From Azolla caroliniana (taxonomy: Eukaryota; Plantae; Polypodiophyta), in NCBI GenBank assembly GCA_043228905.1, contig JBHGNT010000010.1, forward strand, positions 5,270,001 through 5,334,000: DNA of 64,000 bases, given 5' to 3'. The notes under the pieces were generated by a model, which saw nothing but the letters and a program-made list of their open reading frames with translations, was not told the origin of the DNA and ran no database searches. Shown in pieces: positions 10,136 to 23,100 of the stretch. Position 1 is the stretch's first letter, and each line of letters starts with the position of its first letter. The translations under genes and the position numbers were made by a program.

Positions 10136-10794
10136 AGGTAAAAGCATGGGATCACTAGAATTGTCACGGACACACCAACCGTGGACTAGGATAGGGCACG
10201 GATGATGGGGCTACGAGCAACGGGTAGTGAAATTAGAGCTAGAAGTGATGAGGTGAGAAACTCGGGAACTACAAAAGAGAATGAAGATAGAGATAAAGAT
10301 CAAGGAGGCAAGATGGGGCGAAACAAGAATACTAGATTGATGTGTCAACCATTGGTGTTGAATCCCTTGAAAGGGATCAAGGAGGTTACAAGTATTTATA
10401 CAACTTCTGAGATTGAATATCTCTAGAATATACTCTAGAAATATCTCTAGAATATACCCTTCTAGAATATATTAATGACTAAAATATTCTGATCTTGAAA
10501 TGTACTATACACTAGACTATAGAATACTAAAGCATTATACAAATGCATGCTCATATCAAAATGGTTGAGCATGAAATCTTGTTGATGTGAGGTTGTAGGT
10601 TCAATCCTAACCAACTATGTATTTCATGTCACTATACTGTGGACTATAAATGGTAATATTTTCATCCCCATAATACATGATATGTATCTTTAAGATTTTC
10701 CCACTAAAAATTAGCTATTAAAAAAACTATTTAGCTATGGTCATTTTAGCTACATGGTAGCTATAATAGTGTTTCCATTCACATGCTTTCAGCC
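10136..10794. mobile_element. Small insertion with imperfect TIRs (MITE-like) in the copia RT, itself carrying an LTR
   Basis: Ends aggtaaaagcatggga / ttcacatgctttcagcc, flanked by duplicated AGCA; removing it restores copia EEVYML|QPLG. Confidence 0.5.
10162..10631 (-). mobile_element. Solo-LTR-like sequence, minus orientation; right boundary uncertain
   Basis: TGTCA start, minus-strand TATAAATA (~10395), repeated TCTAGAA, tRNA-like A/B boxes; same layout as the chromovirus LTR. No clear TSD. Confidence 0.55.
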
Positions 10795-12929
10795 AGCATG
10801 TAAACTTCTTCCTCAAGGTTGCCTTGGAGGAAATCATTCTTTATGTCCATTTGATGCAAGTGCCACCATTTTGCAAGAGCGCAATTATAGAGTCATCATG
10901 ACAATCATTTTTGCCACTGTGGCAAAAGTTTCCTCATCGCCTTGATCCAATGGGGATCTTGGGCAACTTCGGTTTAGGTCTATCTTCTTTATTTGTCGCA
11001 ACATTAATCATGAATGGATAATGATGCACCAAGTGCTCATTGTACCTGAACGTTACTCGTGAGTTCTTTGCTTGGATTGATTGAAGAAAGATTTTCTTTG
11101 GACACCGCTTGGGCTCTCTTTACTCCTAGTGTCCTCATTACATGCATATCATACTCATTACCGTGCCATATTGAGTGATTTGAGTAGGCACCCAAGGCCC
11201 TACTCTTGGCTCATGCTCAAGCATCCTGTCCTTTTTTTATTCTTTATGGATATCGTATACTTTGATTTCTCAACAATATCCAAGGTTCAGTTAATTGGAT
11301 TGAGCATGAATTCTCTAACCAAAATGGCACCCAACCTATCTTTTGCACTCTCTAGAGCCAAGTTGGATTTGTACATCTCAAGGACGACAGGGGGCACTGG
11401 TACCTGGGTGTACCATAGTGTTGCTTAATCAAATAGCACATCTCGAGTTACCTCCATGTGGTGGGGCTAAAAAACTTATACTCCTTTTGGTCAAGTGAGT
11501 AATTGACAAGAATCATCTTCCCCAACTTTAGATTGAGACTCCTCTTCTCGTATGATATATATCTGCACTTTTTCCATCTTGTGAAAAACTCCATGTGCAA
11601 AAGCTTCGGTTTTCTCCTAAATTCCTTAACATGAGGGGTCATGTTGTGGACACCTCAGTCATGCACCCATTGATGAAATACAAGGTCATTTATCGCTTGA
11701 TTTCCATGGTCATGACCTTGACACACATCTTTTGGAGTATCCAACATCTACCCGTAAGTTGTCAGTTTTCAATTCCATATGGTTCTCATTGACCATCGAC
11801 ATGGATTGTAGTAAAAAAAGCTCAAGCGGTTATCCCTTGTTGCTATATATGGTGATCCAAAAGGCGCCATACTTTTGTGCGAGCCATAAAGGTAGATCTA
11901 CACCATCTCCTCACTGTCATCAACTATGACATTGATGGAGCCGAGTCAATAGTACAAGTCTTTGATCTCGAGAGTCTGTTCTATCATGGACATATCAATG
12001 TACCAACATCAGAGTTCAAGCTTCCAAGGCATGGTTGAAGTTGTTGAAATTTTCCTCAATTTTTCTAAGTTCCGTTCCAGTCTTCTACACTCTACATGGC
12101 TCAACATGTGATCTTGCACAATGTTGTGAAGTAGTACATTACCTAACTTACAAGGTGTTGCAATGTCAAGTTGTCCAAGTTTTGCAAGATTGAGGATTGT
12201 TTCTTGGGCACTCTTGATATAACTCTAGTAATGTTTCTCGACTAGGTACTCGGGCATCTTCTAATCCCCAAGATGAATAATTATGCCTATCCAACTTCTT
12301 TGTTGTATGCACGCCAACCATTTTTCCATTCATTTTTCTAATTGAGCTCAATTCCTAAGATTTTTTTCCTTGATGTATACCTTATCTACTCTCTTTTGAT
12401 TGGCTTGAAGTTTTGTGACCTTTATGTGTTAAAAAGTTTTGTGAAAAAAAGTTCTTTCACTTGTAATGAGAGGAGTTATTTGTTAAGATTACCAAAAATG
12501 AATGATGAAAGAGTATCGATGGTTTCATTATGAGAAAATGAAAGGGTAATCAATCTCAACATGTTTCAAGTAATGAGCTCTCTAGTTATGGTCTAATTGG
12601 GATTTAATACATTACCTTGCCTCAATTTGGGCCAAAGGATGTGTGAGAAAGGACAACATAGTTTTAGGTAAAGTGGGTGGCAAAAAATGAACGAGGGGCA
12701 TGTTGGGTGATGACACTAGGAGCATGGAGCCAAACCCCATTTGTATACAAAGTATGGAGCCATATCTCTTGGAGCATAGACACAAACCCCATTTATATAA
12801 AGAATATGAAGCCATATCTCGTGAAGCCATTGGAATGGAAGTTGTCTACATAAAAGAACTTGGAGTAGATGTTCCAAGAAAAGCACAACTGCTCATATTG
12901 ATCCTCTCTCTCTCTCTCTCTCTCTCTCT

Positions 12930-15922
12930 GACATCTACTCCTAACATGTTTCAAGCCCATCTTTGCTCTCTTGATTCTTCCCTGCCTTTAGAGAACTTCA
13001 CAACAAAACTCACACACATGCTTCACTCAATAGCAATCCATAATGTCCCATACACGAAACACTCCAATCACAGTAGATTAGGCTCTATGCCAAAGAACAA
13101 GTGGTATGATGAGGATTGTCGAGACCTGTATAGCCAACTTAAAGTGTCGTGACTTACTGGTGCTATTTCCTCAGTACAGGCTCGCAAAGAGATGCGCAAG
13201 ATGACACGTCGTAAAAGACGAGCCTGGGAAGCGTCTCAATATTGGGAACTCTACTATGTCATGCTCATGAGTAGGGACTGCACCCTTGCATGGAAGAGAC
13301 TACAGGAGTTGAGACCACAAATACCCATCGAAGATCCCAACACTTGGCACACATATACAGAGAGACTCTACCATGTCCCGAACCAACCACCCATTCGAAT
13401 GCCTCCACACCTCGACCTACCATGGGGACACTTTTCACGACGTCTAGGGTCTCGAAGGTCATAAACGAACTACAACATAGGAAAGCCATGGGCCGCACAG
13501 GATTGCGGGCCAAATGCATCATATATGCTCGAGAGTTCCTAGCCCCTTATCTCACACTAATCTTCAACCGCGCCCTCACAAAGGGTTTTCCACCACAATG
13601 GACCATGAACACAGTGGCCCCTATATATAAAGGAGGGGACCCAATGAACCCAAATACATATAGGACCTTTATGATAGGTCATATGCTCGCTAAACTATAT
13701 GGTGCAGTAATGTAAGCAGAGCTCAACGATTATATGGAAACCTTAAGACTTCGAGCGCCTCAACATGCTGCTTTAGACGAGCCTTCTGCTATTGACCATA
13801 TCTTCACACTTAAATGCTTAATTGACCAGACGAAGGCTCACAAGAAGAAACTATATTGTTGTTTTGTGGACTTCCGCAAAACCTTTGACACAGTTCCTAG
13901 GGAGCAGTTGTTTGATAGGCTTAAAATCTTGGAGATACCAAATGACATGATATGGGCCGTCTATGCTCTATATGAGGAAGTCTCTAGGTGCATAAGATGT
14001 TGAGGTGGCCTATGTCATTGCTACACCAGCACCATTGGTGTAAAATAGGGATGCCCCCTATCACTGACTGTTTTTGGGATCTACATTGATGAGATCACTG
14101 ATTTTATTGCTCGTAAGGGAGGCAATGGAGTAGCCATTGGGGGTACGCAAGTTAGTCTCTTACTCTACGGAGGCGACATTGTCTTGCTCTCGGAGTCTGA
14201 ACACGACCTACAAAAGCGTCTTAATGCCCAAGATAACTTTTGCACACAACGAGGACTGGTAGTGAATCTAGCGAAAACCAAAGTCCTTATCTTTCATACA
14301 CTATCTCAAGTTAGGAGTAAATGTCACCTAATCCTCTCTCAGAAAACAATTGAGGTAGTTGGATCATATGTGCACTTTGGAGTCACCTTTAGTGCTCGGT
14401 CAGGTAAATTCTCGATGACCCAAGCAACCAAAGATAGGCTAACGACAAGGTATGCATCGCTCTCACTCTTCGAGAGACAATGCATACTTTCAAGAGCCAC
14501 GAACTAAGGGATGTCTCTTTGACTCATTAGTGACCCCTTCCCTCATGTATGCATTAGTAGTATGGGCTCTAGGTCTACCATCTTTTATGTGGACACAATT
14601 ATAGAGAGCTGTGGTGATGATGTTATCATGTCAACTCCGAAGTAAATCAATAGTACCACATGGCATTCTTAGAGCAAAGTTCAGTTTGCCCCCAATGTTA
14701 GTAGAAGCACTTTTCCAAGTGGTAGTTTTTATTCATTGGATACATAGCCAACCAGAAGATAGGATATCCCATCAAGCCCTTGAGGCATCTTAATCCCTAT
14801 ATGTGTCCGGGGACACTAGCTCTTGGTATAGCACTGTAGTCAGCTGGTTACTTGCAAATGGCATAGACATTAATAACCTACCTCCCCTCAAGTACAACCA
14901 TGGGACTGATCAAACTTTAATCTGTCATGAAGACCGTAATAAAATAATACACCAAGAAATATGACAAATTTACACCCGATATAAATGGATCACCCCACGA
15001 GAGCCACTCCCATCTAAAATGGTGTACTTAAGGAACACTTCTTGCACTTCTCTAAGTTAGGTTTTATTACACGACTAAAATATCTAGATACATTCTTATC
15101 AAATGCACTAAGGGTGGCCATTGGACAACTTAGGATATCATCTCAGCAACTTCAGATTGAGAATGGTCGTGCTAATAGAGTCCCTAGAGAGGAAAGACTA
15201 TGTAGGTTATGCCACATAGAGATAGAGGATGAGTATCACTTTACATGTAATTGTCCAACTTATGCCGAGATAAGAGCGAAATACCAAGACATACTAGGAC
15301 CCTCTCCCACCCTCTCCAAGCTATTAGATACCCTGGATATAAAGAGACTAGGTAGGTATATCTTAGAGCTAAAACGACATAGGGAGAATAAATTACAAAG
15401 TGTTAACCATAACCCTTTTAATATCCACCAACATGAAACTAATGTAATTTTTCAGGAACAAGGGGAGACAATAAAAGTGGACACACCTACGCCACTCGGC
15501 CTCTCTCTTGATGAAGCAGAAATGCAAAGAACAACCAAACGCCCTTGGATCTTGGGCTTCAAAGCAACTCAATGTGGAGTAAAAATGATTAAGAAGATAA
15601 GGGAACGTGAGCTACGCCACCTAGAAGCTATGGTTGGGGTACCTCTTACATTGGGACCACATGCCACATCCACATCGAAACCCTTTGACCTTCCGCTTCT
15701 TTTCGAGAGACTTGGATGGAAATGAAACTAGGCTTAGTACAAAGCCATTTCCTTATAGAACATGTTTTTTTTACTAGAACCATTTATTTTAAGCTCTATT
15801 TTATTTTATTTTTACTTTCGATGAATTAGTAAATACCCCATTTTTGTTGTACACCCATTGTCTCTTGGGCCAATTTTGGCCTTAGAAGACGTTAATATAT
15901 CATTCTTTCTTTGTTTCTTTCT
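12930..15922 (+). mobile_element. 5'-truncated, degenerate non-LTR retrotransposon (LINE, RTE/RTEX-like ORF2)
   Basis: Fragments KWYDEDC, KAMG..G, PIYKGGDP..YR, FVDFRKTFDTV, GVK.GCPLS, LLYGGDIV (decayed YADD) and C-terminal LQIENGR..PREERLCRLC..EDEYHF..CP.Y; many stops and frameshifts; ends in a (TTTC)-like tail. Confidence 0.85.
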
Positions 15923-17027
15923 ATGGGTTGGGTTATGGCTATTTGTATGTATGCTTATCCATGCACTTTATATGTGGGGTTGGCCATGCTAAATTATTTG
16001 GAACTGTGCATCCCATTACTTGTTAAAAATGTACATTTCTTCATAAAGCTCCCCATCTTGTAGAAGAGTCGAACATTGTTGGGTCCGCTCTAGTCCATAT
16101 CTTTTTATAGTCTTATGGCAATCTATGGGATAGGGTTCTGCCTCATGGAGTGGATATTTGAACTTGGGTGGTCTCAAATGAATGAATTTGATGAGAAAAT
16201 GATATAATGAAATAACCAATGACATAATGAAACTTTATCAGGAATAGGACTCACAAAGATACAATGAGAGTATTACACACGTTAATGATATAATGATAAT
16301 TACCCTTTACGCCCCCTACACCACAAACTCATAAAAACCTAGATCACCAATTTGAAACGTCTAAAGTTGACACACATTGATTTGAAATTTTCATCAATTG
16401 GTTGTAAGTTATTCATTAACTAAATGAATTAATGAAGTTTAGATTCTCTATTAGGAAGCACCATATTGTTTACTTTATGTCTACGACATTCTCCATCCTT
16501 TTAATATATGTACCAATGACTCTACAAAATAGAAATGGAATTCATGAAAGTAAAATGAGAATTGATAATGTAAGACTAAGACATTTAAACACATATACAT
16601 TATGCAAATATCGACGTTGTGGGGTGATTCATCTCAAAAAATTCAAACTGATGATAAGGTTTGTCTTGTGAGGTCTATATTTCACATATATATGTGCAAA
16701 TATCTAGAGATATTGATTAGCGAGTTCTATGTGCAAATTTCATATATATTGACGAGTGCATGAGATTCTTCTTCTAACAATAATTTTGTAATTCAACTAA
16801 TGCCAAAATACATTTTCAGTATAATTTAGCACAAGAACCATTATTTAGGAATTGGGCACTCTATGTATAAAAGGAAAATATACAAAACAATATGTTTGAC
16901 AAGTCTATGATAATACCAAAGAAATATTTTGGGTGTGTACATGGATTTTCCCTTATTTTCAAGTTTTAGTTTATTATTTTACTGGTAAGCCACATATATT
17001 ATTATTTATAAATTATAACATAGTTAG

Positions 17028-17850
17028 GTTATAATTGTCGGTGGAATGGAAACATCTAGAGTAGTTGTGGAGTGGAGATTAATAGAACTATTAAAATACG
17101 AACACATGAAACAAGACACTACTAGACGAGCTCCATCATCTCATTGGAAAGGAGAGGTTGTGGAGTGAAAAAGACATATCGAGCCTTCTGCATCTCGAAG
17201 CTACTTTAATGGAGCTAACGAGTGTTACCCGTATAGGTGCATGGGAGGGTTAAGGTGTAATGTGTATGGTGTGTAATGTGTAACATGAATGAGTGTGTGA
17301 GGATGAGTATGTGTATGAACACATGCACATTTGTGTGCATGTGTACAAAGGTGAGAAAGTGGGTAAGTAATGTAACTCCCTACTTGTCTCATTCTTTCTT
17401 TGTAACGGTTACCTCTTGTACTATATAAACCCCACCCATGGGGCATAATGTAGGAGCTTTTTCCCCTCTCATTTTACTGTCATTTCTTTGTTTCACTCTC
17501 CTTCTCTTTCCCTCACACGTAACCCCCCTTGGGAGGGGGGTGGAGCCATTCTAGGCTTTATCCCCCACCCATTAACGAGGTTCCATACTATAGCACCATT
17601 GCTTATTCCGCATGGATCTACACAACCATGTGAAGTCGCCACCTTCTATTTTTAAAAAGAGATGAGATTGCTTCTGAACACTTGGTCTCTCTCTCTCTCT
17701 CTATAGACCCAAACTCTTCAGAGGACATAGTGGATTTCCGACTACAAGGTTCTCTCAATTTAAATAAAGATCTTAAAGGTCATAACTTTCAATTATTGTC
17801 ATTGGTCGTGGGAAGGCGTGCTTGCCTTGTGATGAATCTTGGCCTCCATA
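17028..17850 (+). pseudogene. Decayed paralogous copy of P450 exon 3, inverted relative to the intact gene and split by a solo LTR
   Basis: After a ttag acceptor: VGGMETSRVVVEW..ELL, IGKERL.SEKDI, ELTR|FH..PLLIPH.STQPCEVA, DLKGHNFQLL..GRRACL.MNLGL; collinear with 785-330. Confidence 0.9.
17223..17574 (+). mobile_element. Solo LTR (352 bp)
   Basis: TGTTA...ATTA (CA decayed to TA), 5-bp TSD ACGAG (17218-17222 / 17575-17579), internal TATATAAA; related to ~62861-63562. Confidence 0.85.
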
Positions 17851-18399
17851 TTATGAATGAACTTGGAACTTATAAACTACAACAATTCATTATCTTATAT
17901 CAAAGGTCGTTGCTAGAAAGTGACTTGATTAGAGATCAGAGTGTATGATATTAACATCTATGTATTATCAATAAGTATTACTATAAATTATATATTGCAT
18001 GTAGTGGTAGTTGATTTGTCGTTTGCACCAAGAGGTGTTATTCTGATCAGGAGAATGATGTCACATGGCCTTAATATAGTGCATGGATTATGATCTGGTT
18101 ATTGGACTAGCATTTGCCAAAATTATTCACACATACTCAACCAAATTCCAATATTGTTGACAATTGTTGCTCCTTGCCACTAGGTCAAGGATGTTGACAG
18201 GAATTAAATGACTAGAACACATGCTATTGCTCACATGACATGTCCAAGAGAGACCAAAAGATCATGTACTCTTCCTTTGTTATGGATAATGCCCAGTCTT
18301 GGTTGCAAAGAGATGACTCGCCCTACAATATCATTAAACACCGAAATGTAGACTTTCTAGAGTCAATCTGCTAGCCACGTTTCAAACTCCATATCCAAG

Positions 18400-19657
18400 T
18401 TTTGTTATCACAAAATCTTAAAAAACTTTAGAGGCGCCTCACAAATATGGTAGAATCCATTTCATTGCTTGCCAAGTATCTTTCTATGATTAGACAGAAA
18501 ATGAATTAAGACACCAAATTCATGATCAATGTCAAGCCTCATGCACACTTTAGCATACAACAAATTGAGAAGTCCAAGAAAATGTGGTATATGTCTCATT
18601 TCTTCTTGACCTTTCTCATTTGTAGGGCACTATTCATACAAAGTTTAAAGTGACCAATGACTAGAGCATTGATTGAATCTCTCACGAACTTTTTGAATGT
18701 GTTTTTCTGACATAGCCAAAAGTTTCTTATTTGCTCTATTCTTGGTTATCTTCGTACCAAGGATTCACTTAGTTGGTTTGAAGTTCTTTATAGCAAAATA
18801 TTTCTTAAGATCTCTCTTCAATTTCTCAATTTGGTTGGTATCTTGACAACCAACTAACATCTCATTTGCATACAAGAGTAGAATGATGAGATCACCATCG
18901 GACAATATCGTGAAGAACACACAATGGTTTGAGCTAGTCTTGTTGTACCTATGTTCTAACATAAATGAGTCAATGTCTAAGACAATATAACGTCACCTTT
19001 AGCCCACACACAAGGTTTTCTTTTCCTTTGACTCGAAACCCCACATGTTGTTATTTAGTAAATTTCTTCTTTCAAATCATCATGAAGGAAAGTGGTCCTC
19101 ATATCTGTTGGCATTCCCTTCAATATCTAGTTGTTTAATTTCTAGATTTAAATTGGTTGCAATCCCAAATGCAACACTGATTGAAGATTGCTTGGCAATT
19201 GATGAGAATATTTCCTCGAAACAACACCCTTTCTTGATTGAACCCCTTCATAACTAATATTCCCTTGTATGATGCTTGTAAGCAATGTTCTTCAATCTTG
19301 AGCATGTAAACCAATTGTTTTTTATAACTTTTCTACCATTAGGTAGGTTTATCAAGTTGTACATGTGATTATCTTGGAAGACTTTCCCTTATTAGTGAAG
19401 ACCTCAAACCATGTGTTTATTTGATCATGGATCATAGTTTGTCTAAAGATCTCTAGGTATCCAAAAGTGAAATCTGATAATTCACTCGTCTTTAGATCTT
19501 GTAAATTCTGATCCTCAAGGAATACTACATTATTGCTTCTTATAACCTTTTTATTTGTTGGGTCATATAATGGGAGCCAAACCCTTCAGGACCATATCCG
19601 AAGAAGATAAATGGTTTGCACTTGTATCACGCTTGGATCTTTCCTCTTTTACGATGT
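18400..19657 (-). mobile_element. Degenerate copia INT/RT fragment
   Basis: Minus-strand HIVKEERSK.D..C...GYG and YNKTSSNHCVFF...IILLLYANEML (decayed YVDD). Confidence 0.7.
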
Positions 19658-20047
19658 TGTTGAGCGGGCAAGCTTAGCCGTATCCGGATCGGCTCACTAA
19701 GCCAGAGTTGGATCATATCTGGATCGGTATCCAAATCATATCTGGAATGAAGGGGCTGAATTGGTATCCGGAACTAGTAGTCGGATGGTAGTCCGGGTCA
19801 ATATGAACTGGTAGGCCATTAGAGGCCTATGAATCTTAGCCTAGTACGTAGGCATATTTCTTGGAGTTAGTGTAAGTCGTTTGTATGAGCATTGAAGTAC
19901 ATGTCAGTACTTCTGTCATTTGTTTTCAGGACTTGTATAAAAAGTGTTTTGTAGGACATTTGTATGTACAAAGTGTTGTTATATTGAAATGAGTCTATGT
20001 TCTACTCTCTTTGTCTCTCCCGCGTATTGTGTATTTTCAAGCTTCCA
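19658..20047 (+). repeat. 3'-truncated copia LTR, same family as 26140-26556 but in the opposite orientation
   Basis: Starts TGTTGAGCGGGCAAG; reverse-complement similarity to 26140-26556 along its length. Confidence 0.85.
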
Positions 20048-20169
20048 TGCCGTACAAAGAGGGAAGCTCATGAACGTGTTCCACGTCTTGACAATAACAA
20101 AGAACCTCGTGTTGGTTGGATAGATCGTCGACTAGGGGATGCAAGTACGGCTCACGCATTTTGGGTGGT

Positions 20170-23100
20170 TCATCGAGGAAGAGGGCTAAGTCGGTTCCTT
20201 CGTGTCGGTGTCAACATCCGATTCCTTCTTGTCCCCTTGGCCTTCAATAGATCTGGCTCCTCCGAATCAAACTGTTGAAATGCATTGGCTGCCTCCGATT
20301 CGTTCCCGCTCTTGTCCGAGTTGGTTGTCTCCAACCCGTCTTCGATCTTCAGGCCCTTCATAACATCGAACCGTGTCCATGTCTTGGCCTTCTTCTTTTG
20401 GTTGGCTATGTCCTTCTTGACTCTACCATTGTCGCTGCTTGTTCCGACTCTTTCAAATGTGCCGACTTCTTCAGTCAGCTTTCTTTTTCCTCTTGTCTTC
20501 CTCTGTTTCAATTTTTTCCTCTCCGACTGCTTCTCTAGTGTCATTACCTGTTCCAACTCACCCTCTCAAGTGTGGTATGTGGAGATGATGCAGCCCAAGT
20601 ATCTCCGAAAAATGTTGCAACTTGTCCAATCCGAGGGGCTTTGTTGAAGACATCGATGATCCATTCGAACATACCGGAGCTCCATTTCACCATTCAGGAC
20701 TGGCTCGCGCACGAAGTGAAAATGCACCTCTTTGTGTTTTGTGTGAGCATGGAATACGAGGTTCTTAGCGAGCTACATGCTACTCATGTTTTCGCAATAG
20801 ATCAGGATCAGAGTCAGTACTTCAATTCGGAGGTCTTATAGCAGCCATTGTCGCGAAAATATGACAAGGATACGTGAACTTGAGGCAGGACCCTAGGGCC
20901 TTCGACCAGAGGATATCACATTCGTGCGTTTATACTTTAAGAATTAACAAAAATGAGAAAATTTAATAAATTTCATTAAAAAAGGAAAAGAAATATTACA
21001 ATCTATCCCAAGATTGGGATTTAGAAGTTTTAGGTTTACTGAGATTAATAGAAAAGAAAAATTAGGGGTTTTGAGAGATAGGGCTTTCGTAGGGAAAATT
21101 AGGGTTTTTGAGTGTTATGGCTTCCGTAGGGAAAATTAGAATTAGGTTATACGAGAGATATCGCTTCCATAGGGAAAATTAGAGGTTTTCAGTGTTATGG
21201 CTTCCGTAGGGAAAATTCGGGTTTTTGAGTGTTATGGCTCTGATAAGATAAGGGAGCCGAGAAGGAAAAGAAAAAATATGGAGAGAGGAAGAGTGTAGGA
21301 ATAAAAATGGAATTTATATGGGTTTCTTTGTTCATCGCTCTTTTGATATTCCTTTGCCTTCCCACTTTTAGTTGCATGGCCTCCCTCTTTTCTTTGCATG
21401 CCTTTCACATGACCTTTACTTTATGCATGCCCTCCAACTTCAGTTGCATGCGTCCTTTACTTTACTTTACTTTACTTTACTTTAATTCGCCGCATGATCC
21501 TATCATCCATCCATCTCGACCATCGCCCATCCGATCCATCCAGTCCGCGTCTGGTTTCCGTTCCATCATTGTCTGGTTGCCGATTGCCAGCTCCGTCCGA
21601 TTGTCGGCTGCCGGCTCCGTCTGGTTTCCGGTTTTTGGTTGCCAGTTGTCGACTCCGTCAGATAGGTCGCCGGTTGCCAGTTCCGTTGCCATCCGGTTCC
21701 AGTTCCCAACTACATCGCCAACTCCATCAAATTTCCGGTTGCTGGTTCCATCCAATTTTCGGTTCCCAACTTTGTTGCTATTTCTATCTGGTCGTCGGCT
21801 CCATCCAGTTTCCGATTGCCGGCTCCATCGGGTGACATTTGTCCATGTAGACAAATTGGTCCAAGTCCAATCATTCCTTTTGTGCTCTCAACAAATAGAT
21901 GAAAACTCATGGTTCTCAATCTGCTTATATAGATGGATCCTAAAGTTTCCTATCTATGTGGGATATTTCACAATTCTATTTTCCTTATCTTCTCAAACTT
22001 CATATTCACATATCTTGATACTTATTTATCCGTTTGATGTGTAGTAAAACGTGTTATGAAGCTCTTGAAGATATCTATCTTCCCATAACATTACATTAAG
22101 CTAATCTTAAATAATTATTTTACTAGTTTTCATATCGTGTGTGAAAAACCACATGACATTGCCGAAGCCAGATGGCTTCACAGGTGGTGACAGTAGCGCC
22201 CCGGTACTTAGCCTCAGTGCTCGACAGAGCCATTGTTGGCTGCTCAATGCAACAACCGCGATACGAAGAGAGAACGTGTAACCTGAAGTGGACCGACGAT
22301 CCGATGTGTCATCGGTCTAGTCAGCATCTATGTAACCGTCTAGTTGTTCAGTTATACCGTGTCTATATAACAATCCCCTATCCTTCGTGCCACTCAAATA
22401 TTGCAATAGTCGATGCACGCATTGAAGGTGCTCGATAGTCGGCCTCTACATAAACTGACTTATCACTCCGATTGAATAGCTGATGTCGTGTCGGGTGATA
22501 GTTAAATAGATGAGGCTTCTGACAATTTGTCTAAACCGTCTCTCGTTGCAGGCCAGTCCGGAGTCGGGACGAAGCTTTTGGTTTCGGTCCAGGGGTATTG
22601 AGAGCGGTCGACATTTGGTCATGCCAAACTTGTACAACATATTGAGCAAATAATGTCGTTGTGAGAGCAATATTCCGTCAGGGGTATGGATCACTTTGAT
22701 CACGAGGAAGTAATGAAGGTCCCTTAGGTCCTTCATTTCGAATGCATCTGACAATTGAGACTTCACTCGACCGATTTCAGTGAGTCCGGGTCCGGTGATG
22801 ACTAAATCATCGACATATAACAAGATACATATCAAACCTTCTGGACCTTTCTGGATAAACAATGAAGAGTCGGATTTAGATGGAGCAAACCCCATACGAC
22901 GCAATATTTGCGTGGGCTTTGCATTCCAAGCACGTGGGGCTTGCTTCAATCCATATAGTGACTTCTTCAACCTTTTGATGTGTTCCAGTCTGAGAGAAAT
23001 CCGGGGGGTTGAACCATGTACAGATGTTCCTCAAGGTCACCTTGCATGAACGTGTTCTTGACATCCATTTGATGCAAATGCCACCCCTTTGCTGTTGCTA

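Larger units (their letters stand above)
2800..12350 (-). mobile_element. Highly degenerate Ty1/copia element that hosts the insertions at 3864-9547 and 10136-10794
   Basis: Minus-strand remnants in copia order: gag KLDRHNYSSW (~12300), integrase C-terminus (~11500), RT HQMDIKNDFLQGNLEEEVYML (~10800), VDDLVI (~9920), RNase H SKK.PKVSLSS..EY (~3700) and VADIFTK (~3450). Confidence 0.75.

Noticed and set aside
21307-22044. 245-aa ORF with a signal-peptide-like start
   Set aside because: Lies in a repetitive LTR-like insert, has no recognisable domain, and is open in several frames because of the repeats.
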